A stretch of 32,000 bases of DNA from Candidatus Saccharimonadota bacterium (lineage in GTDB: Bacteria; Patescibacteriota; Saccharimonadia; Saccharimonadales; Saccharimonadaceae). The stretch is from assembly GCA_049296095.1 (NCBI GenBank), contig JBAQRV010000001.1, forward strand, positions 240,001 through 272,000. Direction: 5' to 3'. Under the pieces are notes generated by a model. It was not told the DNA's origin. It ran no database searches and was given only the letters and a program-made list of their open reading frames with translations. Below are positions 16,900 to 27,671 of this stretch, piece after piece; the stretch's first letter is position 1; each line of letters begins with the position of its first letter. Both the position numbers and the translations under genes were made by a program.

Positions 16900-17568
16900 A
16901 TGATAGAAGAGATGACTATGCGTAAGAAAATTATAATAAGCATCGCCGCCCTCCTTGGCGTTGCCGTGCTTGTGTTTGGAGCCCTCTTTGTCATACAACT
17001 AATCCGTTCTCAAAACGAGGAAACTCCACCGGCCGAAACACTTGTTGGGCCTAATTTATCGAAAAATTATGGCGCCTGTGACTTGTTTGACAAGGCAACG
17101 GTCAAAACTGCACTAGGCTCAGCCGCAAATGAGCTGCAAGACCCTCAAAACAATGGCATTGTTGATGGCAAAAAAGTTGGTGGCGGTATGGAAGACCTCG
17201 TGTTTGACTCCCAGGTCTGTATTTACGGATTTGCGCCTGGTGGAACTTTTGAAGACGGCTCTGGCAGTGGTAATGGTCTGACCGTTTTGGTTGCTAAATA
17301 TACCAACGAAACGGGTCCAGCCACCTTCATCGCCGCTATTCGAGATGAACCTCTGATCGAGGAAATTACAGACCTTGGTGACGATGCCTTTTACAATGCC
17401 AATACTACCGCGACCGGACCTGGCGCAATGTATAACTTTAAATTGCAAGTGTTTAAGGGTAAAACCCTCTACGAATACACGATTCGACAACCAGCCGATG
17501 CTGCTACCTATACGGCGGAATCTGCCAAAACTGCCCTGGTGACACTAGCTAAAGCCGCCAAAGACTAG
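16900..17568 (+). CDS. Membrane-anchored or secreted hypothetical protein directly downstream of the pilin-like gene
   Basis: The ATG lies 2 nt after the pilin stop. N-terminal 'RKKIIISIAALLGVAVLVFGALFVI' is a TM anchor or signal. An ATG at 16918 is an alternative start. Confidence 0.65.
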   Translation: MIEEMTMRKKIIISIAALLGVAVLVFGALFVIQLIRSQNEETPPAETLVGPNLSKNYGACDLFDKATVKTALGSAANELQDPQNNGIVDGKKVGGGMEDLVFDSQVCIYGFAPGGTFEDGSGSGNGLTVLVAKYTNETGPATFIAAIRDEPLIEEITDLGDDAFYNANTTATGPGAMYNFKLQVFKGKTLYEYTIRQPADAATYTAESAKTALVTLAKAAKD

Positions 17569-18053
17569 CTTGTTTTAATACGACGATAGGCAAATTTGGT
17601 GTGCTGTCGCCAGTCACCATTCGTGTCACTATCGTATTGATAAATCATGCCACCCTTGACTTCGCTGATTAAAATAAGCGCTGGTGAGTAGGGAGCAAGT
17701 GTCCGATAAAAAGCGATATCTTGTTCATTGATATGCCCTCGGCCTGGAAAAATCTCACGGAACTTCTCAGTACCAACCTCGTCGAAGTAGTGTGGGCGAT
17801 TCTTTGGCGGCATATATAGTTCCGCCTTTAAGCCAACTCGCGAGACAATCTTTTGAACATCAGAAAGTAGTAGTTTCGATTGACTCGTCACATAGAGAAA
17901 CAGTTGCTTCTTCTTTGTCAGAAAAAGCGTCGCTTCAGCCGTTCGACTGACAGGGATACGCCTTGCAATTACCGAATCAACTTCAGCCGCCACACCAAAC
18001 TGAGCTTTCAGGTTCTTTTCGAGCGCAAAGTCCTCATAGACCTGTTCGTTCAT
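17565..18053 (-). CDS. Hypothetical protein (162 aa)
   Basis: A clean ORF. The start at 18053 was chosen because TGGTACAAT ends 7 nt upstream. The 18062 ATG overlaps that box. I recognised no family. Confidence 0.55.
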   Translation of the reverse strand: MNEQVYEDFALEKNLKAQFGVAAEVDSVIARRIPVSRTAEATLFLTKKKQLFLYVTSQSKLLLSDVQKIVSRVGLKAELYMPPKNRPHYFDEVGTEKFREIFPGRGHINEQDIAFYRTLAPYSPALILISEVKGGMIYQYDSDTNGDWRQHTKFAYRRIKTS

Positions 18054-18060
18054 GCCTGTC

Positions 18061-18069
18061 ATTGTACCA
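18061..18069 (-). promoter_or_regulatory. Extended -10 box TGGTACAAT, 7 nt upstream of the ATG at 18053 (leaderless arrangement)
   Basis: The reverse complement of 18061-18069 is TGGTACAAT. The gap is 'gacaggc'. Confidence 0.45.
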
Positions 18070-18109
18070 CCCCTGATGGGTAGACACAAACCCCGGCCGC
18101 GCCTCGGGG

Positions 18110-18118
18110 TGATATAAT
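18110..18118 (+). promoter_or_regulatory. Extended -10 box TGATATAAT, 7 nt upstream of the ATG at 18126 (leaderless arrangement)
   Basis: TGATATAAT, gap 'gagagca', then ATG (MEFEKRY...). The ATG at 18117 lies inside the box. Confidence 0.5.
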
Positions 18119-18125
18119 GAGAGCA

Positions 18126-21100
18126 ATGGAATTTGAGAAGCGTTACAAACAGCTCAACGTCGCTCAAAAGGAGGCCGTAGACCATATCGATGGTCCACTT
18201 ATGGTGATCGCGGGACCCGGCACTGGTAAGACCGAGCTCCTCAGTGTCCGTACTGCTCAAATCTTGCAAAAAACCGACACTTTACCCGAGAACATCCTCT
18301 GCTTGACCTTTACTGACAGCGGAGCCAGTGCGATGCGCGAACGGCTGGTTGGGATTATCGGTAAGGATGCCTACAAGGTTGCAATTCATACCTTTCACAG
18401 CTTTGGCACAGAGGTCATCAACCAAAATCGGGAGTATTTCTACAATGGAGCGCTATTCCAGCCAGCTGATGATCTGAGCCGCTACGAAATCTTGCGTTCG
18501 ATTTTCGATGAGCTTGAATACAAGAATCCTCTCGCGAGCACGATGAATGGCGAGTACACGCACCAACCAGATGCCACAAAAGTTATCTCAGAGTTAAAAC
18601 GAAGCGGCTTGACCAGTGATGAGCTTTTGGCCGTGATTGACCAGAGCGAGGCAGCACTCGACAAGGCTGAGCGTATTATCGTCCCATTGATCAGCGGCAC
18701 TGTCACCGCTAAGGTCGGTCAATCGCTCGCCCTTAGCCTATCAGCGCTTCAGGAACTGGCCGACGAGGCCGAGACGCTCTATGAAGTGACTCCGCTGATT
18801 AAAGTGATTACAGAGGGCCTAGGTGCAGCCATAGCGCAGTCTCAGTCCGAACATCCCACCAAGCCGATCACTGCCTGGAAAAAGAAATGGTTTGTGAAGA
18901 ATACGAAAGGTGAGCTAGTCTTTAAATCCCGCGCACATATCACCAAGCTTCGCGCGCTGGCCTTTGTTTACTATGAATACTTGGCTCGCATGGAAGCGGC
19001 TGGTCTATATGATTATGATGACATGATCCTCCAGGTCGTGCATGCGATGGAAGTTCATGATGATTTAAGATTTAATCTCCAGGAAAAGTATTTATACATT
19101 ATGGTGGACGAGTTCCAGGACACCAACCTGGCCCAGATGCGCATCCTGCACAATTTGACCGAAAGCCCACTCAATGATGGTAAGCCGAACATCATGGTGG
19201 TCGGTGATGACGATCAGGCAATTTATAGTTTCCAAGGTGCTGATATTAGCAACATTTTACGATTCAAGGAGCTCTACCCAGCTGCCGAATTGATTGTCCT
19301 GACCGATAACTATCGTTCAAAGGAAATCATCATCGATACTTCCCGCGAGGTCATCATACAGGGCGTTGACCGACTCGAAAACCGCATGCAGGATATCAAT
19401 AAACATCTTTCCGCCAACCAAACAGGTGAGGGTGCAGTTGAACTTATCCACGCACCAACAATCGACGCCGAACGGCATTGGCTGGTTGATCATATCGCTC
19501 GCAGCATCAAAGCTGGGACCAAACCTGGCGATATCGCCGTTTTGACTCGTCGTCACTTTGAAATCCAGAGTTTGCTTCCGTATTTCTCTCGCCGTGGCAT
19601 TGCCGTCAATTACGACCGACAAGATAATGTCCTCGACCAACCGCCGATCCTAGCACTCGACCTGCTTTCGAGGGTGGTCGTGGCGCTTAGTAAGGGAGAG
19701 CACGACCAAGCTAATAGCTTGATGCCTGAATTGTTGGCACACCCTGCCTGGAACCTGAGCCCAGGCGAATTGTGGCGCCTCAGCACCACTGCTTATGATA
19801 GCCGTCAGCGCTGGCTCGACGTCATGGCGACCTTACCGCAATTCCTCGAGATTCATAGTTGGCTCATCGAGCTCAGTGCACTGGCTAGTCACACCGCACT
19901 CGAACCAATGATCGATCGCCTCATCGGGCGCACCGACGACACCACCAAATCAAGTCCTTTTTACGACTATTATTTCTCAGCCGAGCAACTCGACAAGACA
20001 CCACTGCAATACCTCGATTGCCTGGCAGCGCTGCGCACCATCCGCGGCCAGCTGCGTGAATACCATGCCAAAGACGGACTAACACTGGCTTCATTTGTTG
20101 AGTTTATCCAGCTCCATCGACGCCTCGGCACCAACTTGATGGTGGCCCGAACTTCACTGGATAACGAGGAGGGTGCGGTCAACCTCATGACGGCTCACAA
20201 ATCAAAAGGGCTCGAGTTTGAACAAGTATATATCTTTAATAGCGTTGATAATGGCTGGGGTGAAAAAGCCCGCAGTGCCAGTCGCAATATCAGCTATCCT
20301 GAGAACCTCCCGCTCGCGCCAGCCGGCGAATCGTCAGATGAACGGTTGCGCCTGTTTTACGTTGCCATGACCCGTGCCAAGTCTCGCCTCATTCTCAGTT
20401 ATAGCGATAGTAACGATAGTGACAAATCAACCCTTGTTGCGAGTTTCTTGGCTGGCAATACGATTGAAACAAAAGATATTCCACCAATTAGCGATGGAGA
20501 CGTCGTCGAGTCTGCCGAGATTGCCTGGTACGAACCGTTAACCGAACCGACTGCTGACTTAAAAGAACTGTTGCAACCTCAGCTGGAGAAATACAAGTTA
20601 AGCGCTACTCACTTCAACTCCTTCCTCGACGTCTCACGCGGCGGCCCGCGGGCTTTCTTACTCGATAATCTGCTCCATTTCCCGAGCGCCAAGAGTGCTT
20701 CAGCATCGTACGGTTCAGCTATTCACAATACACTCCAGCAGGCTCACGTTCACCTCGCTGCGACGGGCGAGCAAAAACCGCTCGAAGATGTCCTGCGTGA
20801 TTTCGAGGTCAATTTAACCCAACAGCGCATGAGCCCCTTGGACTACACGACGTACTTACAGAAGGGGAGTGAGCAACTGCAAGCCTTCCTTGATGCACGA
20901 TATGATACTTTCTCTCCGACTCAAAAATCTGAGCTGTCTTTTGGCGGCCAAGAATCATTCCTCGGTGATGCGCACCTAACGGGTTCGCTCGACGTCGTTG
21001 ATATTAATAAGGCCGACAAAACTATTATTGTGACCGATTACAAAACAGGTAAGCCAGCCTCGGGTTGGAAGGGAAGCGATGATCACGAACGGGTCAAGCT

Positions 21101-21395
21101 CCACAAATACCGACAGCAACTGCTGTTCTATAAGTTATTGGTTGAGCACTCCCGTGATTATGGCAATTACAATGTTACAGAAGGTCGTCTATCCTTCGTC
21201 GAGCCGACCAAGGCAGGGGAGATCATCACGCTTGATATGTCATTTGAGAAGGAAGAGCTAGAGCGATTCAAGCAGCTGGTGGAAAAAGTTTGGCAGCGCA
21301 TTGTGAATCTTGATCTCCCAGATACCTCCTCATACGAGCCGAATGCGCGCGGGATTGCGGCTTTCGAACAGGATATACTGGACGACGCAATCTAA
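18126..21395 (+). CDS. UvrD/PcrA-type superfamily 1 helicase fused to a C-terminal PD-(D/E)XK nuclease (AddA-like helicase-nuclease)
   Basis: Helicase motifs 'AGPGTGKT', 'DEFQDTN', 'VVGDDDQAIYSFQGA', 'LTDNYRS', 'MTAHKSKGLEFE' and 'LFYVAMTRAKSRL'. C-terminal nuclease motifs 'GSLDVVD', 'VTDYKTGK' and 'YRQQLLFY'. Confidence 0.9.
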   Translation: MEFEKRYKQLNVAQKEAVDHIDGPLMVIAGPGTGKTELLSVRTAQILQKTDTLPENILCLTFTDSGASAMRERLVGIIGKDAYKVAIHTFHSFGTEVINQNREYFYNGALFQPADDLSRYEILRSIFDELEYKNPLASTMNGEYTHQPDATKVISELKRSGLTSDELLAVIDQSEAALDKAERIIVPLISGTVTAKVGQSLALSLSALQELADEAETLYEVTPLIKVITEGLGAAIAQSQSEHPTKPITAWKKKWFVKNTKGELVFKSRAHITKLRALAFVYYEYLARMEAAGLYDYDDMILQVVHAMEVHDDLRFNLQEKYLYIMVDEFQDTNLAQMRILHNLTESPLNDGKPNIMVVGDDDQAIYSFQGADISNILRFKELYPAAELIVLTDNYRSKEIIIDTSREVIIQGVDRLENRMQDINKHLSANQTGEGAVELIHAPTIDAERHWLVDHIARSIKAGTKPGDIAVLTRRHFEIQSLLPYFSRRGIAVNYDRQDNVLDQPPILALDLLSRVVVALSKGEHDQANSLMPELLAHPAWNLSPGELWRLSTTAYDSRQRWLDVMATLPQFLEIHSWLIELSALASHTALEPMIDRLIGRTDDTTKSSPFYDYYFSAEQLDKTPLQYLDCLAALRTIRGQLREYHAKDGLTLASFVEFIQLHRRLGTNLMVARTSLDNEEGAVNLMTAHKSKGLEFEQVYIFNSVDNGWGEKARSASRNISYPENLPLAPAGESSDERLRLFYVAMTRAKSRLILSYSDSNDSDKSTLVASFLAGNTIETKDIPPISDGDVVESAEIAWYEPLTEPTADLKELLQPQLEKYKLSATHFNSFLDVSRGGPRAFLLDNLLHFPSAKSASASYGSAIHNTLQQAHVHLAATGEQKPLEDVLRDFEVNLTQQRMSPLDYTTYLQKGSEQLQAFLDARYDTFSPTQKSELSFGGQESFLGDAHLTGSLDVVDINKADKTIIVTDYKTGKPASGWKGSDDHERVKLHKYRQQLLFYKLLVEHSRDYGNYNVTEGRLSFVEPTKAGEIITLDMSFEKEELERFKQLVEKVWQRIVNLDLPDTSSYEPNARGIAAFEQDILDDAI

Positions 21396-21398
21396 AAG

Positions 21399-21407
21399 TG
21401 TTATAAT
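21399..21407 (+). promoter_or_regulatory. Extended -10 box TGTTATAAT immediately after the helicase stop
   Basis: A perfect TGnTATAAT. It would start a transcript ~125 nt upstream of the 51-aa ORF. Confidence 0.45.
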
Positions 21408-21465
21408 AAGAATCAGCACAGATTGAAGGCTAGGAAATACACCGACGTATCGGTGCCTTTCCACG

Positions 21466-21494
21466 CTATCTCTGTTGCACATTGACAGAGATAG
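21466..21494 (+). repeat. 10-bp-stem hairpin (ctatctctgt / acagagatag); its left arm is direct-repeat copy 1
   Basis: Perfect 10-bp inverted repeat with a 9-nt loop. 'ctatctctgt' recurs at 21747-21756. Confidence 0.6.
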
Positions 21495-21537
21495 TGAAGC
21501 TTTCACCCACCCACGACACCTCGGAAGGGAGGTAAAC

Positions 21538-21693
21538 ATGGCAGACAAGGAGCAGGTCCGCGCATGGGCGGCAGACAAGGCCGCTGGCAAGTCGATCTCG
21601 TCCGACAAGCAGGCCGCGATCGACCGTACCACCAGTCAGGCTGGCAGCGAGGGTCGAGCGGTCGAGCGTATCCTCGGCGGCGGCAAGGCCTAG
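21538..21693 (+). CDS. Small hypothetical protein (51 aa) with high-GC composition
   Basis: A strong SD GGGAGG (21527-21532) lies 5 nt upstream of the ATG. GC at 21541-21600 is 40/60, and third codon positions are mostly G/C. Confidence 0.5.
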   Translation: MADKEQVRAWAADKAAGKSISSDKQAAIDRTTSQAGSEGRAVERILGGGKA

Positions 21694-21746
21694 GCCTTCG
21701 ATAGAGACCGTCTGGCCCCGCCATTCGCAAAAAGGATCAGAAAGCA

Positions 21747-21756
21747 CTATCTCTGT
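21747..21756 (+). repeat. Direct-repeat copy 2 of 'ctatctctgt'
   Basis: Identical to 21466-21475. The two copies bracket the high-GC islet. Confidence 0.5.
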
Positions 21757-21757
21757 C

Positions 21758-21809
21758 CGTCTCTCATTCGCCACAAACAGTTGTGACAGATGAGAGATGT
21801 TTCATTTTA
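21758..21809 (+). terminator. Composite hairpin with a T-rich tail between the small ORF and dus
   Basis: cgtctctcat (21758-21767) pairs with atgagagatg (21790-21799), one G-U pair. It encloses cacaa/ttgtg (21772-21785) and is followed by 'tttcatttta'. Confidence 0.45.
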
Positions 21810-21818
21810 TGAGACAAT
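21810..21818 (+). promoter_or_regulatory. Extended -10-like TGAGACAAT, 8 nt upstream of the dus ATG
   Basis: TGAGACAAT, gap 'agaaactg', ATG at 21827, and no SD. Confidence 0.35.
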
Positions 21819-21826
21819 AGAAACTG

Positions 21827-22780
21827 ATGAAAAATTTCTGGCAAGACCTACCAAAACCTTTTTTTATCCTGGCTCCGATGGAGGCAGTGACTGACGTGGT
21901 TTTTCGTCATGTCGTCGCAAAGGCGGCCGCGCCAGATGTCTACTTTACTGAATTTACCAATACCGATAGCTACGTCAGTCCAAAAGGACAGCACAGTACT
22001 AAAAGCCGCCTCGCTTATACAGACGACGAGCAGCCGATCGTAGCACATATCTGGGGAAAGACACCAGAGCATTTCCGCCAAATGGCCCACGGCATGAAAG
22101 AGAAGGGCTTTGTTGGTATCGATATCAATACGGGTTGTCCCGCCAAGGACGTCGTCAAGAACGGTGCAGGCAGTGGACTTATTCGCACCCCAGAACTCAT
22201 GGCGGAAATTATTGCAGCGACAAAAGAAGCCGGCCTTCCGGTCAGCATTAAAGCTCGTCTTGGCGATGTAAGGCCAGAAGAATTCAAGGAATGGCTAGCT
22301 TTTCTTCTGAAACAAGACATCGCAAACCTAACAATTCACCTACGGACTCGAAAAGAAATGAGCAAGGTCCCAGCCCACTATGAATTAATTTCAGAGATCA
22401 AGAAGTTACGCGACGACATCGCACCACAGACTTTATTGACAATTAATGGTGACATCCGCGACCGCACCCATGGTCTTGAACTGGTTGAGAAATACGGCGT
22501 TGACGGCGTCATGATCGCTCGGGGCGTCTTTACCAACCCCTATGCATTTGAACACGAGCCGAAAGAGCATTCTCGTGAGGAATTAATTGACCTTTTGAAA
22601 CTCCAGCTTGATCTTTATGATAAATACGTAGAAGAATTCGGTCCAAAACCATTTGATACTCTTAAAAGATTCTTTAAGATTTATATTCGTGATTTTGAGG
22701 GTGCAGCTGAACTGCGAGATATTTTGATGCACACAAAAAGCACCGATGAGGTGCGTGGAATCTTAATTCAACATAAGTAA
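21827..22780 (+). CDS. dus: tRNA-dihydrouridine synthase
   Basis: '[14 protein letters not shown]', '[13 protein letters not shown]' (catalytic Cys) and 'DGVMIARG' are Dus family motifs. Confidence 0.88.
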   Translation: MKNFWQDLPKPFFILAPMEAVTDVVFRHVVAKAAAPDVYFTEFTNTDSYVSPKGQHSTKSRLAYTDDEQPIVAHIWGKTPEHFRQMAHGMKEKGFVGIDINTGCPAKDVVKNGAGSGLIRTPELMAEIIAATKEAGLPVSIKARLGDVRPEEFKEWLAFLLKQDIANLTIHLRTRKEMSKVPAHYELISEIKKLRDDIAPQTLLTINGDIRDRTHGLELVEKYGVDGVMIARGVFTNPYAFEHEPKEHSREELIDLLKLQLDLYDKYVEEFGPKPFDTLKRFFKIYIRDFEGAAELRDILMHTKSTDEVRGILIQHK

Positions 22781-22805
22781 AACCCGCCCCCGAGGGAGCA
22801 GGGCT

Positions 22806-23078
22806 CTACCTTCGACGACGGGGCTGTACTGACGCACGAGTCTTGGTTGGCATCTCCTTTTTGTTGATGATGACCTGATGGGGCTTGAGCGCACGCTGGA
22901 CCGCATTACTCACGGCCGACCTTGAGGACTCGGGGTCGAGTTCATAGACAAGTTCTATTACCTCGCGACCCTTGTGCTTTGCCAATGTGAGCACCCACTC
23001 ACGATTGAGTTCCTCGAGCTGCTTCATGGCAGCCCGGACACTCAATCGCTCGGATCTCAACTCGATAATCAATGGCAT
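22806..23078 (-). CDS. Hypothetical small protein with a basic C-terminal tail (90 aa)
   Basis: ORF directly downstream of atpC on the same strand. I recognised no family. A GTG at 23087 is an alternative start. Confidence 0.45.
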   Translation of the reverse strand: MPLIIELRSERLSVRAAMKQLEELNREWVLTLAKHKGREVIELVYELDPESSRSAVSNAVQRALKPHQVIINKKEMPTKTRASVQPRRRR

Positions 23079-23173
23079 AATGTACACCTGCTTCCACTAA
23101 GGATACTCGTACAGATGACTATACGAATACTGTACCGTAAATGCAAGAACATCTCTTTTTTTATGAAACACGG

Positions 23174-23599
23174 CTATTGGCGACGTCGACGTCGATGCAG
23201 ATCAGCCACCTGCAATCGAACCGCGTGTCGATCAATCAGCTGAGTTGCTTTTTCGAGCTCAACCTGGTCTTTCGCCTCATCGCGTAGCTTCATGGCACGC
23301 TCGAGCGCAGCCCGAGATTCAGCCTCGATAATATTTTCACCGTGATCAGCTTCGTCCACTAAGACGCGGATTGAATCTGGGTTAATCTCGATAACCCCAC
23401 CAGAAATAGCAAAGTATTCCAGCTTATCATCTCGGTCTTTCTTATCATGACGAACGGTCAGCGCACCAGGTACCGCCAAGGTCACGAGTGGTTCGTGGCC
23501 AGGAAAGATACCAATTTCACCCGCAGCTGTCGGCGCGATCAATTCATAAATGTCTTGATCGACGCTAATGCCATTCAGGGTGATGAGCTGCAGGTGCAT
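23174..23599 (-). CDS. atpC: F1 ATP synthase subunit epsilon
   Basis: 141 aa. 'GEIGIFPGHEPL' and 'FAISGGVIEI' are typical epsilon motifs. The gene starts 3 nt after the atpD stop. Confidence 0.9.
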   Translation of the reverse strand: MHLQLITLNGISVDQDIYELIAPTAAGEIGIFPGHEPLVTLAVPGALTVRHDKKDRDDKLEYFAISGGVIEINPDSIRVLVDEADHGENIIEAESRAALERAMKLRDEAKDQVELEKATQLIDRHAVRLQVADLHRRRRRQ

Positions 23600-23602
23600 A
23601 AA

Positions 23603-25263
<1,661 letters not shown>

Positions 25264-25271
<8 letters not shown>

Positions 25272-26133
25272 TAAGTGCCTCCACGCCACCGCTTATTTCT
25301 GCTAATTCTTGTGTAATCGCACCTTGTCGCGCCTTATTCATCGCCAGCGTCAGATCATCAACGAGGTCAGATGCATTATCGCTCGCGTTCTTCATCGCCA
25401 ACATGCGCATACTGTGTTCGCTTGCACGGGAATCGAGCAATGCTTGATAAATCTGTGCCCCAACTAATCGATAAGCGACGCCGTCGAGGACTTCCTCGGT
25501 GCTTGGTTCATAGGTTACATCAGTCGCCACACCCGGTTCAACCGTTGACTCAAAGCCGGCCGGCAAGACACGGATCATTTTTGATTCCTGCACAATACTA
25601 CTGACAAAGTCGGTGTAGATCACATCAACGGCGTCGACTTCGCCACTCTCAAACAAGGTCCGCGCACTATCTAAAATAGCCCGCAGCTCACTGCCGTCGG
25701 GACGATCGGGCAACTCTTCATAGGCACCCAGGACTTGAGTATCCTTGATGCGCGCCACGAATTGCGCCGCTTTTCGTCCAACCGTAATAGTCGTATTTTT
25801 AATCTTGGCAGCATCGTCTTTTTTGAGTTCTTCGGCATAAACACGAACGATATTACTGTTATAGGCACCAGCCAAGCCCTTGTCTGACGCAATCACGATG
25901 AGTAGACGAGTCTTCACTGGACGATTCACAAACAATGGGTGATTCTTGACCGAAGTGTGGGTCGAGAGGGCAGTCAAAAGCTGACGAGCAGCGAGTGTGT
26001 AGGGTGCAGATGCCTTGGTCGCATCCTGCGCTCGGCGCATTTTACTGGCCGCAACCAATTGCATCGCCTTCGTAATCTGGCGAGTACTCTTCACCGAACG
26101 AATGCGTGACTTAAGTAGTTGCGTTGATGCCAT
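25264..26133 (-). CDS. atpG: F1 ATP synthase subunit gamma
   Basis: 'IRSVKSTRQITKAMQLVAASKMRRAQ' at the N-terminus and 'LTLAMNKARQGAITQELAEI' at the C-terminus. Confidence 0.95.
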
Positions 26134-26135
26134 TG

Positions 26136-27662
26136 TTAGCCTTCAAACCCCTTCGCCGCAGCCTTGGCGACCTTCTCAATCAACTTAATCATCGCCTCAT
26201 CAGGCTTGCCGCCCTTATCAAGTTCAGCCATTTCCTTCTTGTGATCGGTTGATAGCTTGGTCAAGAGGGCCGCTTGCGCGTCCTTGATCTTGGCTGCTGG
26301 AACTTCATCGAAGTAGCCGTTGGTTACCGCAGCGATTGAGACAACTTGCTGCCAGACGCTCATTGGCGCGTACTGGACTTGCTTAAGGAGTTCAGTCAAA
26401 CGTTGACCGCGGTCGATCTGTGCCTTGGTTGAAGCATCGAGGTCGCTGCCGAACTGTGCGAACGAGGCGAGCTCACGGAATTGTGAAAGTCCGAGCTTCA
26501 GGTTACCACTGACTGATTTAACGGCACTAGTTTGCGCCGCACCACCGACACGAGAGACCGACAGACCAGCAGAGATTGCTGGGCGAATACCCTGATAGAA
26601 AAGATCGGTTTCAAGGAAAATCTGACCATCAGTGATTGAGATCACGTTTGTTGGAATATAGGCAGAAATGTCTCCGGCCTGAGTTTCAATGATTGGAAGT
26701 GCAGTTAGTGATCCGCCACCGAGTTCATCAGACAACTTTGCTGAACGTTCGAGAAGACGAGAGTGGAGATAGAAGACGTCTCCAGGATAGGCTTCGCGTC
26801 CTGGTGGGCGACGAAGGAGAAGTGACATCTGACGGTAGGCAACTGCGTGCTTGGTCAGGTCGTCGTAGATCATCAGTGCATGCTGAGAGTTGTCACGGAA
26901 ATATTCACCCATGGCAGTACCGGCGTATGGTGCGAGGTAGAGAAGTGAGGCTGGGTCGGATGGGCTAGTTGCCACAACGATAGTTTGATCCATCACACCT
27001 TCTTGCTTGAGACGCTCGACCAGACGAGCAATCTTTGAAAGTTTCTGTCCAATGGCGACGTAGACGTTTATCACACCAGTTTTTTGCTTGGCTTGGTTTA
27101 TCATCGTATCGATCGTGAGCGCCGTCTTACCCGTCTGGCGGTCACCAATGATCAGCTCACGCTGGCCACGGCCGATAGGGAACATAGCGTCAATCGCAAC
27201 AATACCGGTCATTAGCGGTTCGTGAACCGATTTACGACCCATGACGCCAATAGCTTCGCGCTCAACCAGGCCTTTTTGCTTGGTTTTGATCGCAGGACCA
27301 CCGTCAATTGCTTGACCAAGTGGGTTTACGACTCGACCGAGGAGCTCGGGGCCAACCGGTACTTCAAGGACAGATCCCTTCAAGCGAACGGTTTGTCCAG
27401 CTTTGACATGCTTGTCGCTACCAAGGAGTACGGCACCAATTTCATCTTCCAAGAGGTTTAATGCAAATGCTTCAACCACACCTGCTTCAGTCTCGATTTG
27501 CAGGACTTCACTGTAGCCAGCTGAACGCAAACCGTGGATCCAAACCACGCCGTCACCGACGCGCATCACCACCCCAACTTCGTCGAGTTGCTTGTTTGAT
27601 TCAAGATTCTCAATCGCTGCGCGGAGATCTTTTGATAATTCTGTTATTGATAGTTCACTCAT
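26136..27662 (-). CDS. atpA: F1 ATP synthase subunit alpha
   Basis: 'GDRQTGKT' P-loop, '[12 protein letters not shown]' and '[20 protein letters not shown]'. Confidence 0.97.
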   Translation of the reverse strand: MSELSITELSKDLRAAIENLESNKQLDEVGVVMRVGDGVVWIHGLRSAGYSEVLQIETEAGVVEAFALNLLEDEIGAVLLGSDKHVKAGQTVRLKGSVLEVPVGPELLGRVVNPLGQAIDGGPAIKTKQKGLVEREAIGVMGRKSVHEPLMTGIVAIDAMFPIGRGQRELIIGDRQTGKTALTIDTMINQAKQKTGVINVYVAIGQKLSKIARLVERLKQEGVMDQTIVVATSPSDPASLLYLAPYAGTAMGEYFRDNSQHALMIYDDLTKHAVAYRQMSLLLRRPPGREAYPGDVFYLHSRLLERSAKLSDELGGGSLTALPIIETQAGDISAYIPTNVISITDGQIFLETDLFYQGIRPAISAGLSVSRVGGAAQTSAVKSVSGNLKLGLSQFRELASFAQFGSDLDASTKAQIDRGQRLTELLKQVQYAPMSVWQQVVSIAAVTNGYFDEVPAAKIKDAQAALLTKLSTDHKKEMAELDKGGKPDEAMIKLIEKVAKAAAKGFEG

Positions 27663-27671
27663 ATATTTCTC

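Noticed and set aside
17565-17568. Convergent genes whose stop codons overlap at CTAG with no terminator between them
   Set aside because: This is probably just genome compaction. No structure or motif suggests a specific function.
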